Assembly: GCA_965218305.1 (NCBI GenBank)
Contig: OZ244617.1
Coordinates: 3,522,967-3,586,966, forward strand
Direction of reading: 5' to 3'
DNA: 64,000 nucleotides
Source of the DNA: an uncultured Candidatus Binatia bacterium
GTDB lineage: Bacteria; Desulfobacterota; Binatia; UBA9968; JAJDTQ01
A model generated the notes under the pieces. It made no database searches and was not told the origin of the DNA. It saw only the letters and a program-made list of their open reading frames with translations. Below, piece by piece: positions 39,670 through 48,698 of this stretch (position 1 is the stretch's first letter; each line of letters begins with the position of its first letter). Both the position numbers and the translations under genes were made by a program.

Positions 39670-40716
39670 ATGTGTCAGCGAGTTCTCGTTCTGATAGCGG
39701 GTTTCGTGCTGTTTGCGGGGCCGGTGTGGGGTGAATCGGTGGCCGAGTTCTACAAGGGCAAGACCTTCCGCATTGTCGTCGGGCTGGGTCCGGGGGGCGC
39801 CACGGATACCAACGCCCGGCTGATTTCGCACGTGTTGTCGCGCCACATCCCCGGACATCCCCGGATCATCGTGCAGAACAAGCCCGGCGGCGGTAGCATG
39901 CTGGCGGCCAACACCGTTTACAACAATGAGCCGCAGGACGGCACCGTGCTCGCGGCCATCAGCAGCGCGCTCGTGGCCCAGCAAGCCCGTGGCGAACGGG
40001 GTGTGCGTTTCGACGCCCGAAAGTTCCAGTGGGTCGCCAGCGCGTTCGACTCGTCGGCCATGTGCGCCATACGGACCGACGCGGGAGTGAACAATTTCAG
40101 CGAAGCGGTGAAGACGAAGAAGCGGCTCACGTTTTCAGCCTTCAGCAAGGGCGGCCTTTCCCACCTTGAGCCGGTGATCTTCAATGCGGTCTTCGGCTCC
40201 AACTTAAAGGCCGTCACGGGGTATCCGAGCGGCGGGGCCCAGCGTCTGGCGGTCAAGAATGGTGAGGTCAACGGTTTCTGCACGACTTTCCAGACGGTCA
40301 AGAGCACCGAGATTGGCATGTTCGAAGGCGACGCGAAGTGCTGCAAGGTAATGATCATCGCGGGCAACCAGAAGATCGATCACCGCCTCGCCAAGGGGGT
40401 GCCGATCGCCGAACTGTTGGCCAAGGAGTTGGGCAAGAGCGAGAGTGACATCGCCATGCTGCGGGTGCTGAACGCGACGAACCGCATCAGCATCGTGCAG
40501 ACGTTCGGGCCGGGAGTGCCCAAGGACCGCGTTCAGGCGCTCCGCGACGCCTACGAGAAGTCGTACAAGGATCCGGACCTGGTGAAGCTGGCAAAGAAGG
40601 CGGGGATGGATCTCAAGCCGAAGCGTGGTGAGCAGGTGCAGGAGATCGTCAACGAACTGCTCAGCATGCCCAAGTCGGTGCTGATGAAAATGAAAGAACT
40701 GATCAGCAAGAGCTGA
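39670..40716 (+). CDS. tctC: second Bug/TctC paralogue
   Basis: Colinear with tctC1 and shares long identical blocks (e.g. KAVTGYPSGGAQRLAVKNGEVNGFCTTFQT). Confidence 0.92.
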   Translation: MCQRVLVLIAGFVLFAGPVWGESVAEFYKGKTFRIVVGLGPGGATDTNARLISHVLSRHIPGHPRIIVQNKPGGGSMLAANTVYNNEPQDGTVLAAISSALVAQQARGERGVRFDARKFQWVASAFDSSAMCAIRTDAGVNNFSEAVKTKKRLTFSAFSKGGLSHLEPVIFNAVFGSNLKAVTGYPSGGAQRLAVKNGEVNGFCTTFQTVKSTEIGMFEGDAKCCKVMIIAGNQKIDHRLAKGVPIAELLAKELGKSESDIAMLRVLNATNRISIVQTFGPGVPKDRVQALRDAYEKSYKDPDLVKLAKKAGMDLKPKRGEQVQEIVNELLSMPKSVLMKMKELISKS

Positions 40717-40808
40717 CAGGCTACCGAGTGCCGCGGAGACCACCCGCCCATGGTTCCCGGCCCGCGTCGCCCGCAGGTGATCGCGGGCCGGGAATTGCCG
40801 GAGCATTC

Positions 40809-41615
40809 ATGATGCAGGTTCTCGATCTCGATCGCTGGCCGCTGGACGTGCTCGGGGAGGCGCGGGGACAGGCCCTGGTTGACCGCTGTCGGAACGAGCT
40901 GCGCGAAGCCGGCATGTTCAGCCTCACCGGGCTGATACGGCTGGAGGCCCTTTGTGCCAGCGTTGCAGAGTTGGAGCCGCTGTTCGACTCCGGCGCCTTT
41001 GTTCACGCGCGCGAACACAACATCTACTTCGATGACGAGATCGGGGATTTGGAGCCGGTCCACCCGGCGTTCAGCCGGTTCACGACGATCAACCGCACGA
41101 TTTGCGGCGACCAGGTTCCCGGGAGTCTGATCACGCGGATTTACGAATGGCAGCCGCTCATCGACTTCCTGGCCGCGGCTATGGACAAGCCTGGGCTATA
41201 CCCGATGGCGGATCCCCTGGGCCGGATCAATGTCATGTGTTATCGGGCCGGGGAGCGCCTCAATTGGCATTTCGACCGGGCCGAATTCACCACGACCATG
41301 CTCTTGCAGGCCCCGGTGTCGGGCGGCGAATTCCAGTACCGCAGCGGGCTTCGGAGCGACACTGACCCGAACTACGAGGGGGTCGCGCGCCTTCTGGTCG
41401 GCGAAGACCAACACGCGCGGACGCTGTCGCTGTCGTCCGGCACGCTCAATGTCTTCAGGGGCAAGAATACGGCGCATCGCGTGACGACGGTCGAAGGAGG
41501 CCGCGCGCGCATCATCGCGGTGTTCTCGTACTACGAGACAGCAGACGTCGCATTCAGCGATGCTGAGCGGCTCGGATTCTACGGTCGGACCGGTCCCGTG
41601 AAAGTCGACACCTAA
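40809..41615 (+). CDS. 2-oxoglutarate/Fe(II)-dependent oxygenase
   Basis: WHFD...LQAPVSGGEF...FRGKNTAHRVTTVEG..AR (HxD...H...R). Confidence 0.85.
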   Translation: MMQVLDLDRWPLDVLGEARGQALVDRCRNELREAGMFSLTGLIRLEALCASVAELEPLFDSGAFVHAREHNIYFDDEIGDLEPVHPAFSRFTTINRTICGDQVPGSLITRIYEWQPLIDFLAAAMDKPGLYPMADPLGRINVMCYRAGERLNWHFDRAEFTTTMLLQAPVSGGEFQYRSGLRSDTDPNYEGVARLLVGEDQHARTLSLSSGTLNVFRGKNTAHRVTTVEGGRARIIAVFSYYETADVAFSDAERLGFYGRTGPVKVDT

Positions 41616-41777
41616 CCGCTTGCGGCTCGGTCCGGGGCTCTGGGCAAGCAGCGCGAAGCGTCGAATTCCTCCGGCCGGTTGTCGGCGGGAGAGAGAGCCC
41701 GAGTTGGCGGAGTGACACTGGTCAGGCTGTTGTTCGGCGAGTGGGTTCGGTGTCGATCGGCGCGGTAACGCATTGAT

Positions 41778-41879
41778 TGAGGTGGTCCTGGTTTGTTGGA
41801 CAGGGTGCTGGCATGATCGATGACTCGGAATACACCTTATCTCGGCCGCCATCCTGTCCAAGAAACCAGGACCACCTCA
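41778..41879 (+). mobile_element. 102-bp IS3-derived MITE (two ends, interior deleted)
   Basis: 30-bp inverted repeats with 2 mismatches (41778-41807 / 41850-41879, TG...CA); the inner part matches the right-end sequence of the IS3 copy at 47864. Confidence 0.8.
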
Positions 41880-43302
41880 GTCCTGCCGTTCCGGTTGAGC
41901 CGGCGGAGGGGCGGGCGAGCGGTGGGGCTCAGCCTGCATCTCCATCAGCATTCCTTTGTCGTAGGCCTCGGCCGGGGTGGAGTCGGCCAGGGCGGAGTGA
42001 GGCCTTTGGGTGTTGTAGAACCCTATCCAACGGGCGATGACCCGTTGGGCCTGGAAGCCGTCGGAGAGTTCGTGCAGGTAGACGGCTTCGTACTTGAGCG
42101 AACGCCAGAGGCGCTCGATGAAGATGTTGTCCATACACCGGCCCCTGCCGTCCATGGAGATGGCCACACCGGCGTCTTTGAGGGTGGCGGTGAACTCCAG
42201 GCTGGTGAACTGGCTGCCCTGGTCGGTGTTGAAGATCTGAGGCCGGCCGTAGCGTTCCAGAGCTTCGGTCAGGGCCTCCGTGCAGAACCGGGCATCGAGG
42301 GTGTTGCTAAGCCGCCAGGAGAGCACCCGGCGGGTGGCCCAGTCCATGACCGCCACCAGGTACAGGAAGCCCTTCTGGACAGGGATGTAGGTGTAGGGGT
42401 CGGACCGGAGCGCCCTGTCGTCTTTCGAGCGATGGGTTTCTCCGGCCCGCCCTCCGAACCGGACGTGCGACTCTCACCGCATCCGGCTCTCCATGTGCTC
42501 ATACCGTCAGGTTCAGCTTCGTCTGCATCGCGAGTACTCGTGACTCCGCCTCGATCGGACCAAGCCATGAAGCACCGGTATTCACCAGCGTCCTCCTCGT
42601 TGGGCATTGAAGCCGGGAGCACACTGGACCCCTTCGCCATGTACACGGCTTTCCCGTGCTCGGACTACTACGGGTCCTCCGCCCCACTCCGCCGGCATCA
42701 ACCGGCGACAGGTCTTCCCCGCCATGCTGGCAGGGACCGACGAAGTGGTTCCCACGTTCACTCTCGAACCCTTCAACGGGGTCGGTGCCCAGCTATGCCC
42801 CTGCAACCTCGCCACGGCTACGCCGCAGTCCTTCACCGTGGCCTCCCTGCCGGCGACATAAACCGGCCCAGGAGTTCCCCAACTGGCCAGACCAGTCGGG
42901 TGCGCGTTGCAACCCAGCCCTTATCTGTCAGGTTCGAGCTGGTGGTGCTTGAGGGGCTTTCCGCCGCTGGTTCCTTGCGTACACCTCTCCGTCTCGCTTG
43001 CCGGACCCACGCCATCTGACAGTGCTGGCGCGTCCCGTCGTTGTCAGGACTGCTTCCACCTTCACCGATGTCCCTCGGGTCGGGCTGCCCTCAGCTTCTT
43101 TCAGCCTGCTGCGACAGGCTGTCGGCGGTGGTCTCTCACCACCGCAAGGTTCGAGAACGCCTCGTGGCGCTCGATGTCCGCCGTCCAGACCTGATTGGGC
43201 CGTTCGATGGCGAGGCCCTTGAGAAGATAGGGATACACCCGGTGCTGGGGGGATGCCGTGTGGTGGTCCGGGGCGCCTGGTAGATGGCCTGTAGCCACCT
43301 CA
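41880..43302 (-). pseudogene. IS3-family transposase OrfB fragment interrupted by a group II intron
   Basis: HRVYPYLL...NQVWTADI [intron] TYIPVQKGFLYLVAVMDW...NTDQGSQFTS...DNIFIERLWRSLKYE; only 8 bp of the left end remain (CCACCTCA 43295-43302). Confidence 0.92.
42393..43172 (-). ncRNA. ORF-less group II intron (780 nt) with internally deleted RT/maturase
   Basis: 5' GAGCG (consensus GUGYG); domain V GAGAGCCGGAUGCGGUGAGAGUCGCACGUCCGGUUC (42456-42491); 3' end CCCUAC; 28-aa IEP stub at 42499-42585; removal rejoins the D-I/T-Y codons. Confidence 0.9.
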
Positions 43303-43346
43303 GTCAGCATCAACGCCAACATATCTGCAAACTTGGACCTCTAGTT

Positions 43347-44672
43347 CTACCTATGAACCCAGCGTTCAAGCTTGCGAATGGCATCATCTAGACCCTTCCG
43401 TACTTCCTTGAGGTCGGTGACCACTCCACCTATCTCGTTTGACCGGCTTGCAAACAGTTCTCCCTGCCTACGTGCTTCCCTTGCCATATCGTGCGCCGGC
43501 CAACGTACTACTGCATTTACACACGGGTGCAATTCCACGACCAATCTGCCAGGTGTTACTGTCCTGAATTGAGCCCCAAACATCCCACCTTCAAACAAGA
43601 CACGCAGCTCCCTGATTCCAATATCGCAGCGTGGCCGGGACAAAATCGAGTCTTCCTCCGTTAACGCTCTCCAAACGTGCCGCCCAAGGCTACTGAGACA
43701 TAATTCGCGCTTCCCGTGTAGTCCGGCAAACAACCCGAGCCAAACAACCGCGCTAGGGTACCGTTCCAGATGTTTCAATATCAAACCGGCATGTTTGATA
43801 GTGCCGGGGAAAATTCTGCTCCCCAAATAACCGGCGACAAACGAGTACTCTTCCTTGTATCGGTATCCCCAGTTCCCTCGGTCCCCAAGTACGTGTTCCA
43901 GAACAGTCACCCGGTCCTCTTGCGTACCCTTCATTGGCTCAATTGCCTGCCGCGCATTTGGGAAACCCGATGTCAACCGCTTCCACGTCGCTTCTCCGAT
44001 TTCGCCCTTGTCAACTACCTCCCTAAGGCCGGCAACAAGCGACCGATTCCCGCCGCGCTTCGACCTGCGATCCGACTCCTCCGCGGGACCGTTTATCATA
44101 TCCATTACGGTCTCCCACGGGACCAACAAACTCTCAACCTCAATTCGCAGCGGAGCCTGTCCGGTAATACTTCTGCAATTCGACCATCCCCGCGCCAGCT
44201 GCGTCATATCGACCTTGCGCCGTATCCCTTGGGAAGCTGCATACGAAAAAGTCGCGATACACGCAGACATAGAAACACGGTCCACATCATACCCCTCACT
44301 CGACTGTGCCATTGCCTCTGTTACAACCAAGCCAATGGACGCCGCTTCCAGAAGTCTTTCTCCTTCGCGGCTGATTCGGTCATCGTTCCCAATCACTTCC
44401 TCATCGGAAAACACTCTGAAGTATGCCGAAATCGGACTCCAGTTTGGCACGTACGTGTTCGTCCACGCAAAGAAGTCGTCGACGTCTGCGTCGCGCACCA
44501 TCAACGCTACCGGCAACTCTCCGTTTCTTGGCTCCTTTGCCCAGATGAGCAGGACATCCCCCATCTTCAAGCCATCCCGGTCTCCACCTTCGCGAGCGCG
44601 AAGGGACTCCGCGGGCGACCCCCGCTGAAGCAGCTCCGTGAACTGCTGTCTCCCGACCTTAGCGTTCCACAT
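43347..44672 (-). CDS. hypothetical protein (441 aa), third gene of the kinase-helicase operon
   Basis: Intact ORF starting 2 nt after the helicase stop; no motif recognised; coiled-coil-like C-terminus. Confidence 0.8.
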   Translation of the reverse strand: MWNAKVGRQQFTELLQRGSPAESLRAREGGDRDGLKMGDVLLIWAKEPRNGELPVALMVRDADVDDFFAWTNTYVPNWSPISAYFRVFSDEEVIGNDDRISREGERLLEAASIGLVVTEAMAQSSEGYDVDRVSMSACIATFSYAASQGIRRKVDMTQLARGWSNCRSITGQAPLRIEVESLLVPWETVMDMINGPAEESDRRSKRGGNRSLVAGLREVVDKGEIGEATWKRLTSGFPNARQAIEPMKGTQEDRVTVLEHVLGDRGNWGYRYKEEYSFVAGYLGSRIFPGTIKHAGLILKHLERYPSAVVWLGLFAGLHGKRELCLSSLGRHVWRALTEEDSILSRPRCDIGIRELRVLFEGGMFGAQFRTVTPGRLVVELHPCVNAVVRWPAHDMAREARRQGELFASRSNEIGGVVTDLKEVRKGLDDAIRKLERWVHR

Positions 44673-44674
44673 TT

Positions 44675-45832
44675 CTATCCACCGTCTCCAAACAGCTCGT
44701 CAATCGACGGCAACGCTGATTTTGGCTCCAAAGACGCAATCGCCTGATCCAGAAAACCCAACAGCTCGCCCGAATAATACATGTACAATGCCGTTTTGGC
44801 CCGCGTGACCGCAGTAAACGCCAGAAATCGAGGCAGGGGTCGGCGCGCGAAATTCTCACAACTTAATACGTGGAGTACCCGGTATTCCAAACCTTTCGCT
44901 GCGTGCAGGGAGGACACGCAAATTCTAACATCGTCCGCGAACCGAACAATTTCACTCTCTCCATGGAAGCTCGCTGCGGCACCGAATTCCGTCTGTTCTA
45001 TCGCGGCCCATACTCGCATGGCCGCATCGCGGCTGGGAGAAATAACTCCTATTCGCTCATCAGGGTATGCGGCTATCTGCGCACTCAATTTCGAAATAAC
45101 GGACTCGATTTCCTCATCCAACGATCCACACCGTTCAAAGCGTACACTAGAAGGTCTGTCCTCCTCGTTATAGTTGCAACCCGCCTCAATTGGGTGAAAA
45201 TCCTCTCGGTCGCGACCAATGACATCAGCAAACCTGCAGATGCCTAGACCGTTTCGGTAATGGTGTGTCAATTCCACCTTTCCTTCAACGATCCTTTCCA
45301 GTACGCCGAAGGGCTCCTCGCCGCTGTATATTTTTTGGCGTCCGTCTGCTACGGCAAACAAGGTCTTACTCAGTCGCGCAAACAGCTCGACCTCCTCTGG
45401 AAGGTAATCATGTGCCTCGTCCAGTAATATTGCGTCATAGAGGTTTTGCAAACCATGTTTGTGAACAATACCAGTTACTTGCTGAACCAACCGCATCCGT
45501 TGTTCGGCGAAATCCTCCGCAGAATCGACCGTTACGCCATACTGTCGCAGAACATCTCTGAAAAATTGGTGAGATGTGACGATCTTCTCCTGCGGCACAC
45601 CGTACGCGTCGGCCCCTGCCACAATGAACTCGCGAAGCGCTCGTGTGAACACCACAATCTGAAAATTCGTTCTCTTTACCAAGGTCAGATATTTGGCCCT
45701 AAGAACCAACAAGTTAGTTTTTCCTGAACCGGGTGGACCCACGACGAGGTGCCCCTTGTCGAGAGGAAGAGCCACGACCCGCTGTTGGTCATCGTCCAAC
45801 TGACCTTCGGCCACCCACCACGTATCGTTCAT
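44675..45832 (-). CDS. compact superfamily-1 (UvrD-like) helicase/ATPase
   Basis: Q-motif LDDDQ, GPPGSGKT, LLDEAHD, AVADGRQKIY, HYRN, SLHAAKGLEY, FTAVTRAK. Confidence 0.9.
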   Translation of the reverse strand: MNDTWWVAEGQLDDDQQRVVALPLDKGHLVVGPPGSGKTNLLVLRAKYLTLVKRTNFQIVVFTRALREFIVAGADAYGVPQEKIVTSHQFFRDVLRQYGVTVDSAEDFAEQRMRLVQQVTGIVHKHGLQNLYDAILLDEAHDYLPEEVELFARLSKTLFAVADGRQKIYSGEEPFGVLERIVEGKVELTHHYRNGLGICRFADVIGRDREDFHPIEAGCNYNEEDRPSSVRFERCGSLDEEIESVISKLSAQIAAYPDERIGVISPSRDAAMRVWAAIEQTEFGAAASFHGESEIVRFADDVRICVSSLHAAKGLEYRVLHVLSCENFARRPLPRFLAFTAVTRAKTALYMYYSGELLGFLDQAIASLEPKSALPSIDELFGDGG

Positions 45833-47229
45833 GTTTCCCGCTCCTCCAGTCCGGACGTGAGGCGAACTGGACTCTGGTCTTGAGCAGCAGTGGCTTGCAA
45901 CGTAAGTGCCCTGTCGTACGCCGGAAGAATGAAATTGAGAATTGTAGTGCCAATGGTGGCCGGTTGGACGAAACCTGCAAAAACCCTCTCGAGGGGGGTC
46001 TGGCTATCGGTCGGCTCGGGCGGTCTTACGTCTAGCCACGCGGTTGCGTCTACCACTACGGCGCGAGGCTCCTGATCGACGAGTACTATCTTGAAGTCTA
46101 AAGCAAAGTAGACGTCGAGTCCGAACCGGTGGCTTGGCGAGAACGTGATGGCAAAGTGCGCTGCGGTATCTTGCATGCGCAACTCCTGGACCCTGAGGGG
46201 CGGGAGAAGGGCTTCAGACACACAAACGCCACGGATAATGTCTCTTACCTCCTCCGCCGTCGTACGTAGCATTCTTAAGCGCTCGTACTGGGCGTCCGGC
46301 TGCGAAGGTGGAGCCGCTCTCGTACCCAACCTCTGAAGTATCTTTTCCCTCGCTGACTCACTTGGCAATGACTGTAAAGGAATGCTTTCGAAGTCGCCCC
46401 AGGAAACGAGGTCAAGTCGGGCGGCGGGGTTTTTTACGAGGCACCTTTGGGCTAAAGAAATCAGGTCGGGCGGGACATCGGTAGCGGTCAAGTTAGGGGT
46501 GTCCTGTTGTACTGCATTGACTAGACGTGCATAGGGATCTAATGCGTAAGAGAAGATTGTGTTTCGTTCTATCAAGTCGTGAAGAACGGCTCCCAATTGG
46601 TAGAAGGTGACCGCACGCCAGCCATCAATGGAATCTTCTTCAGTACGTAGAAGAAACTCGGGAGGGCTGTATTGAAGCGTACCGAGAAAAATCTTTGCGT
46701 CCCCATGGTCGGTTCCGCCGGGATTGGCGATGGCTCTAATAACTCCTAGATCGAGCAAGACTGCTTTATCGGGTGTCGCTGCGATATTTGCCGGCTTTAT
46801 ATCTCTATGGGCAATGTTTAACGTCTCTAGAAATCGTGCTGCTTGCGCTACGTTACGTATTATTCTGCGGATGCAGTTGCGAGGAATATTCTCAAGAACG
46901 CGGTCGAGGGAGGGCGCGTCAACTCTCTCCATTGCCACATAGAGGAGTCCAGTTCTTGAGCATTCGCCGCCATCGTATATTTCGACCAAATTAGGATGTT
47001 TATGGTCGGCGGTGGAGACCTCTCGCGCAATTCTGTGGAGCTGTGTCAGTCTTCCATAGCGTTCAACAAGTTCGACGTCGAATATCTTGAGCGCTGCGGG
47101 CTGTCCGTCGTAACTGGCGGCGAACACAGCGGCCGACTTTCCAAAATCAATTAATTCGCAGACTGTCCATTTGTCCACTAACGTGTCTTTCAGATCCGCG
47201 CCCAATTTATTTGCTCGCTGTTCGTTCAA
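45829..47229 (-). CDS. Hanks-type Ser/Thr protein kinase with unknown C-terminal domain
   Basis: FGKSAAVF, AALK, HPNLVEIYDGG, HRDIKPANI, LDLG, GTLQYSPPE; TTG start; ATGA overlap with the helicase. Confidence 0.92.
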   Translation of the reverse strand: MNEQRANKLGADLKDTLVDKWTVCELIDFGKSAAVFAASYDGQPAALKIFDVELVERYGRLTQLHRIAREVSTADHKHPNLVEIYDGGECSRTGLLYVAMERVDAPSLDRVLENIPRNCIRRIIRNVAQAARFLETLNIAHRDIKPANIAATPDKAVLLDLGVIRAIANPGGTDHGDAKIFLGTLQYSPPEFLLRTEEDSIDGWRAVTFYQLGAVLHDLIERNTIFSYALDPYARLVNAVQQDTPNLTATDVPPDLISLAQRCLVKNPAARLDLVSWGDFESIPLQSLPSESAREKILQRLGTRAAPPSQPDAQYERLRMLRTTAEEVRDIIRGVCVSEALLPPLRVQELRMQDTAAHFAITFSPSHRFGLDVYFALDFKIVLVDQEPRAVVVDATAWLDVRPPEPTDSQTPLERVFAGFVQPATIGTTILNFILPAYDRALTLQATAAQDQSPVRLTSGLEERET

Positions 47230-47399
47230 GGCGTGCGGTCCCCGAATAGATGGTGGGCGTTGACTCGATGTGAGAAATGTTTACTTTCGGATTGTTTATG
47301 TTCGTGCGGCCATAACCGTGGAAAAACGTTCCCAATGAGCGGGTGGAGTACGGCATGAACGGTGGACGTGCCGGAACCCGAAAGATGAACATCGCGCAG

Positions 47400-47681
47400 G
47401 GCATTGTCGTCTTTCACCGCGTGCTTGCGCCGCTTGAATGGCCTGAATTGCGACAGGCGCGACGCCGCGACCGGCAGGCTTGTGCCGCCAGGTGGGCTGC
47501 GACGGGGACGGGCAGGTCGGTACCTAGAAGTAAGGGGCGACAACTGTGGCATCCAAAGTTCGTCGCCCGTCATGGTGACATCGCCGCTGGTCTTGAGGAG
47601 GGCGTCGACGGGGTCCTTGGGTGGTGCTTTGCTCACAACTAACCGTTCCGGTATCCGCTCGGCAATGTCGGACTTGTTCAT
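47400..47681 (-). pseudogene. degenerate HU-family gene
   Basis: MNKSDIAERI...VSK...KDPVDALL..GD...RPAR..RSP..G..LPVAASRL.QFRP aligns by eye with HU, but conserved GFGTF/GRNP residues are replaced; end coordinate approximate. Confidence 0.65.
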
Positions 47682-47863
47682 TGGTGTCCCCTCGACCAAA
47701 CCCGATTGCGTGATCCCCTGGTCCCCTGTTGAAGGTCCGCTGCGGCACTGTATCTGCCTACCACAAACTCTGTGCCCTGGCGATCGCCGTGTGGACGGGC
47801 TTCCCCCGTGTTTGCCTGACCGCCTCGGTCGCTACCCGCGTAGCGCTGCGACAACGGGATGTC

Positions 47864-48660
47864 TGAGGTGGTCGCATGTTCTTGGACAGATGGGCGGCTG
47901 AGTTATGGTGCATTCGGGGGTAATCGGTCATGCCGCCAGAGTTCCGTGTAGCACGTCTTCGTGTTCCGGTTGAAGTCGGCAGTGGGGTGGGCGAGGGGCG
48001 GGGCTCGGCTTGCAACTCCATCAGCATTTCGTTGTCGTAGGCCTCGGCCGGGGTAGAACCATCCAGGGCGGAGTGAGGCCTTTGGGTGTTGTAGGACTCT
48101 ATCCACCGGACGATGAACAGTTGGGCATGGAAGCCGTCCGAGAGTTCGCGCAGGTAGACGGCCTCGTGCTTGAGCGAGCGCCAGAGGCGCTCGATGGAGA
48201 TGTTGTCCATGCACCGGCCCCTGCCGTCCATGGAGATGGCAACACCGGCGTTTTTGAGGGTGGCGGTGAACTCGAGGCTGGTGAACTGGCTGCCGTGGTC
48301 GGTGTTGAAGATCTGAGGCCGGCCGTAGCGCTCCAGGGCTTCGGTGAGGGCCTCTGTGCAGAACCGGGCATCGAGGGTGTTGCTAAGCCACCAAGAGAGC
48401 ACCCGGCGGGTAGCCCAGGCCATGACCGCCACCAAGTACAGGAAGCCTTTCTGGACAGGGATGTAGGTCAGGCCCGCGGTCCAGACCTGATTGGGCCGCT
48501 CGATGGCGAGCCCCTTGAGAAGATAGGGGTACACCTGGTGCTGGGGATGCCGAGCGGTGGTCCGCGGCGCCTGGTAGAACCCCTGTAGGCCCATCACCCG
48601 CATCAGACGCCGCACGCGGTAGCGGCCGACACAGACTCCGTCCCGTCACAGATGACGGAC
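47864..48660 (-). pseudogene. IS3-family OrfB fragment with right end (intron-free allele)
   Basis: RVRRLMRVMGLQ...WTAGLTYIP...MAWATRR...IERLWRSLKHE; terminal repeat TGAGGTGG at 47864; 5' truncated. Confidence 0.9.
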
Positions 48661-48698
48661 CGCCTCCTCGCGTGTATGAGGCAGAGTCATGAGATACA

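Noticed and set aside
40754-40794. 13-bp perfect hairpin after tctC2 as an intrinsic terminator
   Set aside because: No U-tract and a long 15-nt loop; it may be a stabilising structure, but its function is unsupported.
40809-41615. BesD/HalD-type halogenase
   Set aside because: The iron motif is HFD (HxD, hydroxylase type), not HxG/HxA.
42393-43172. Retron, DGR or other RT-based system
   Set aside because: No reverse transcriptase (YADD-type) ORF is present in the window; the element has group II domains V and VI and only a 28-aa IEP stub.
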